Assembly (NCBI GenBank): GCA_964106645.2
Contig: OZ067042.1
Reading direction: 5' to 3' (one strand)
From: Podarcis pityusensis
Taxonomy: Eukaryota
Length of the DNA stretch: 64,000 nucleotides
This document shows, piece by piece, positions 63,301 through 64,000 of the stretch. Within the stretch, counting starts at the first letter, position 1. Every line of letters starts with the position of its first letter. The position numbers were made by a program, and so were the translations under genes. The notes beneath the pieces were generated by a model. It did not search any database and was not told the origin of the DNA. It was given only the letters and a program-made list of their open reading frames with translations.

Positions 63301-64000
63301 ATCATGAAGACTCAAATCATTCATTTATGTACCAAATTCACAAAATATTTATTTCTCTTTCTCTCTTTTTTCAAAAAAGCCTAACACACAATGATATCCA
63401 TTGGTACAATGTGCACATCTCTTGAAAGGAACACTGATTCATCATGTGTGAAGTTCTTTGACCCCAAAGAATTTCCCTTCCACTGCAATAAAGAGAGCTG
63501 GTCCTTGCACACGTGCTAAACAGCTCCCTCCTTTGAAAGAAATACAGGGATATGGATTGAGGTGGCGGTTAACGTTCCCTTTCAAAAGAACAAATGTTCA
63601 GTTATTGAATATAGAGCAGCATATGCTCATTAGATATTTGCAAAACAAGTAGCGATAGAGTGTGATGTTTATTCAAACCCAACTGTTAAAATTTATATTT
63701 ACAGCCCACTCTTTCCCAAAAGCTTGGGGTGAGTAACAAATTTAAAAACAAATCTGGAATTTCCATTAGAAGTAAAACAACAAAGTAAAAAGACTTCCTT
63801 GCTCTGAGAATGTAAAATAATATTCCTCAAAATATGTTTTTTTAAAAAATGAAAAAGCACGTAAGATACAAGCCAGATGTTGTCTACAGAGAGACAAATC
63901 TATTTTGGCTCACAGCAAAGTGTTACGACTACCAAGGGAACTTATTTGATCAACTCAGACATTTTGTACAGCTTAAGCCAGCCTTGTATTTAACCACTCG

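Larger units (their letters stand above)
1..64000 (-). other. BTRC: BTRC gene body, partial (part of intron 1, exons 2-4, part of intron 4)
   Basis: Three minus-strand exons in the expected order encode consecutive segments of the beta-TrCP1 N-terminus. Exon 1 (MDPAEAVLQEKALKFM-like) and exon 5 (TKLANGTSS-like) were not found in the window. Confidence 0.93.

Overview
This is eukaryotic genomic DNA from a squamate reptile. The Sauria/Squam1, Squam2 and Squam3-type SINEs suggest a lacertid lizard. The whole window lies inside the 5' half of BTRC (beta-TrCP1/FBXW1A), transcribed on the minus strand. Three short phase-0 coding exons are recognisable from their translation and GT-AG splice sites: exon 2 (41460-41567), exon 3 (18098-18175) and exon 4 (9246-9335). 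Exons 1 and 5 onward were not found and presumably lie outside the window. The rest is intron containing CR1, L2, L1, RTE and DIRS remnants, tRNA-derived SINEs, Tc1/mariner- and hAT-type MITEs, microsatellites, N-gaps and several repeat-free, motif-dense blocks that look like conserved enhancers. In mammals BTRC sits between LBX1 and FBXW4/FGF8. The most interesting signals are regulatory: a divergent pair of CTCF-like motifs bracketing candidate ultraconserved elements, inverted transposon pairs flanking the cassette exon 2, and a perfect 23-bp-arm palindrome. I see no convincing novel protein-coding system. Almost all ORF-track entries are spurious, transposon-derived or read through N-gaps.
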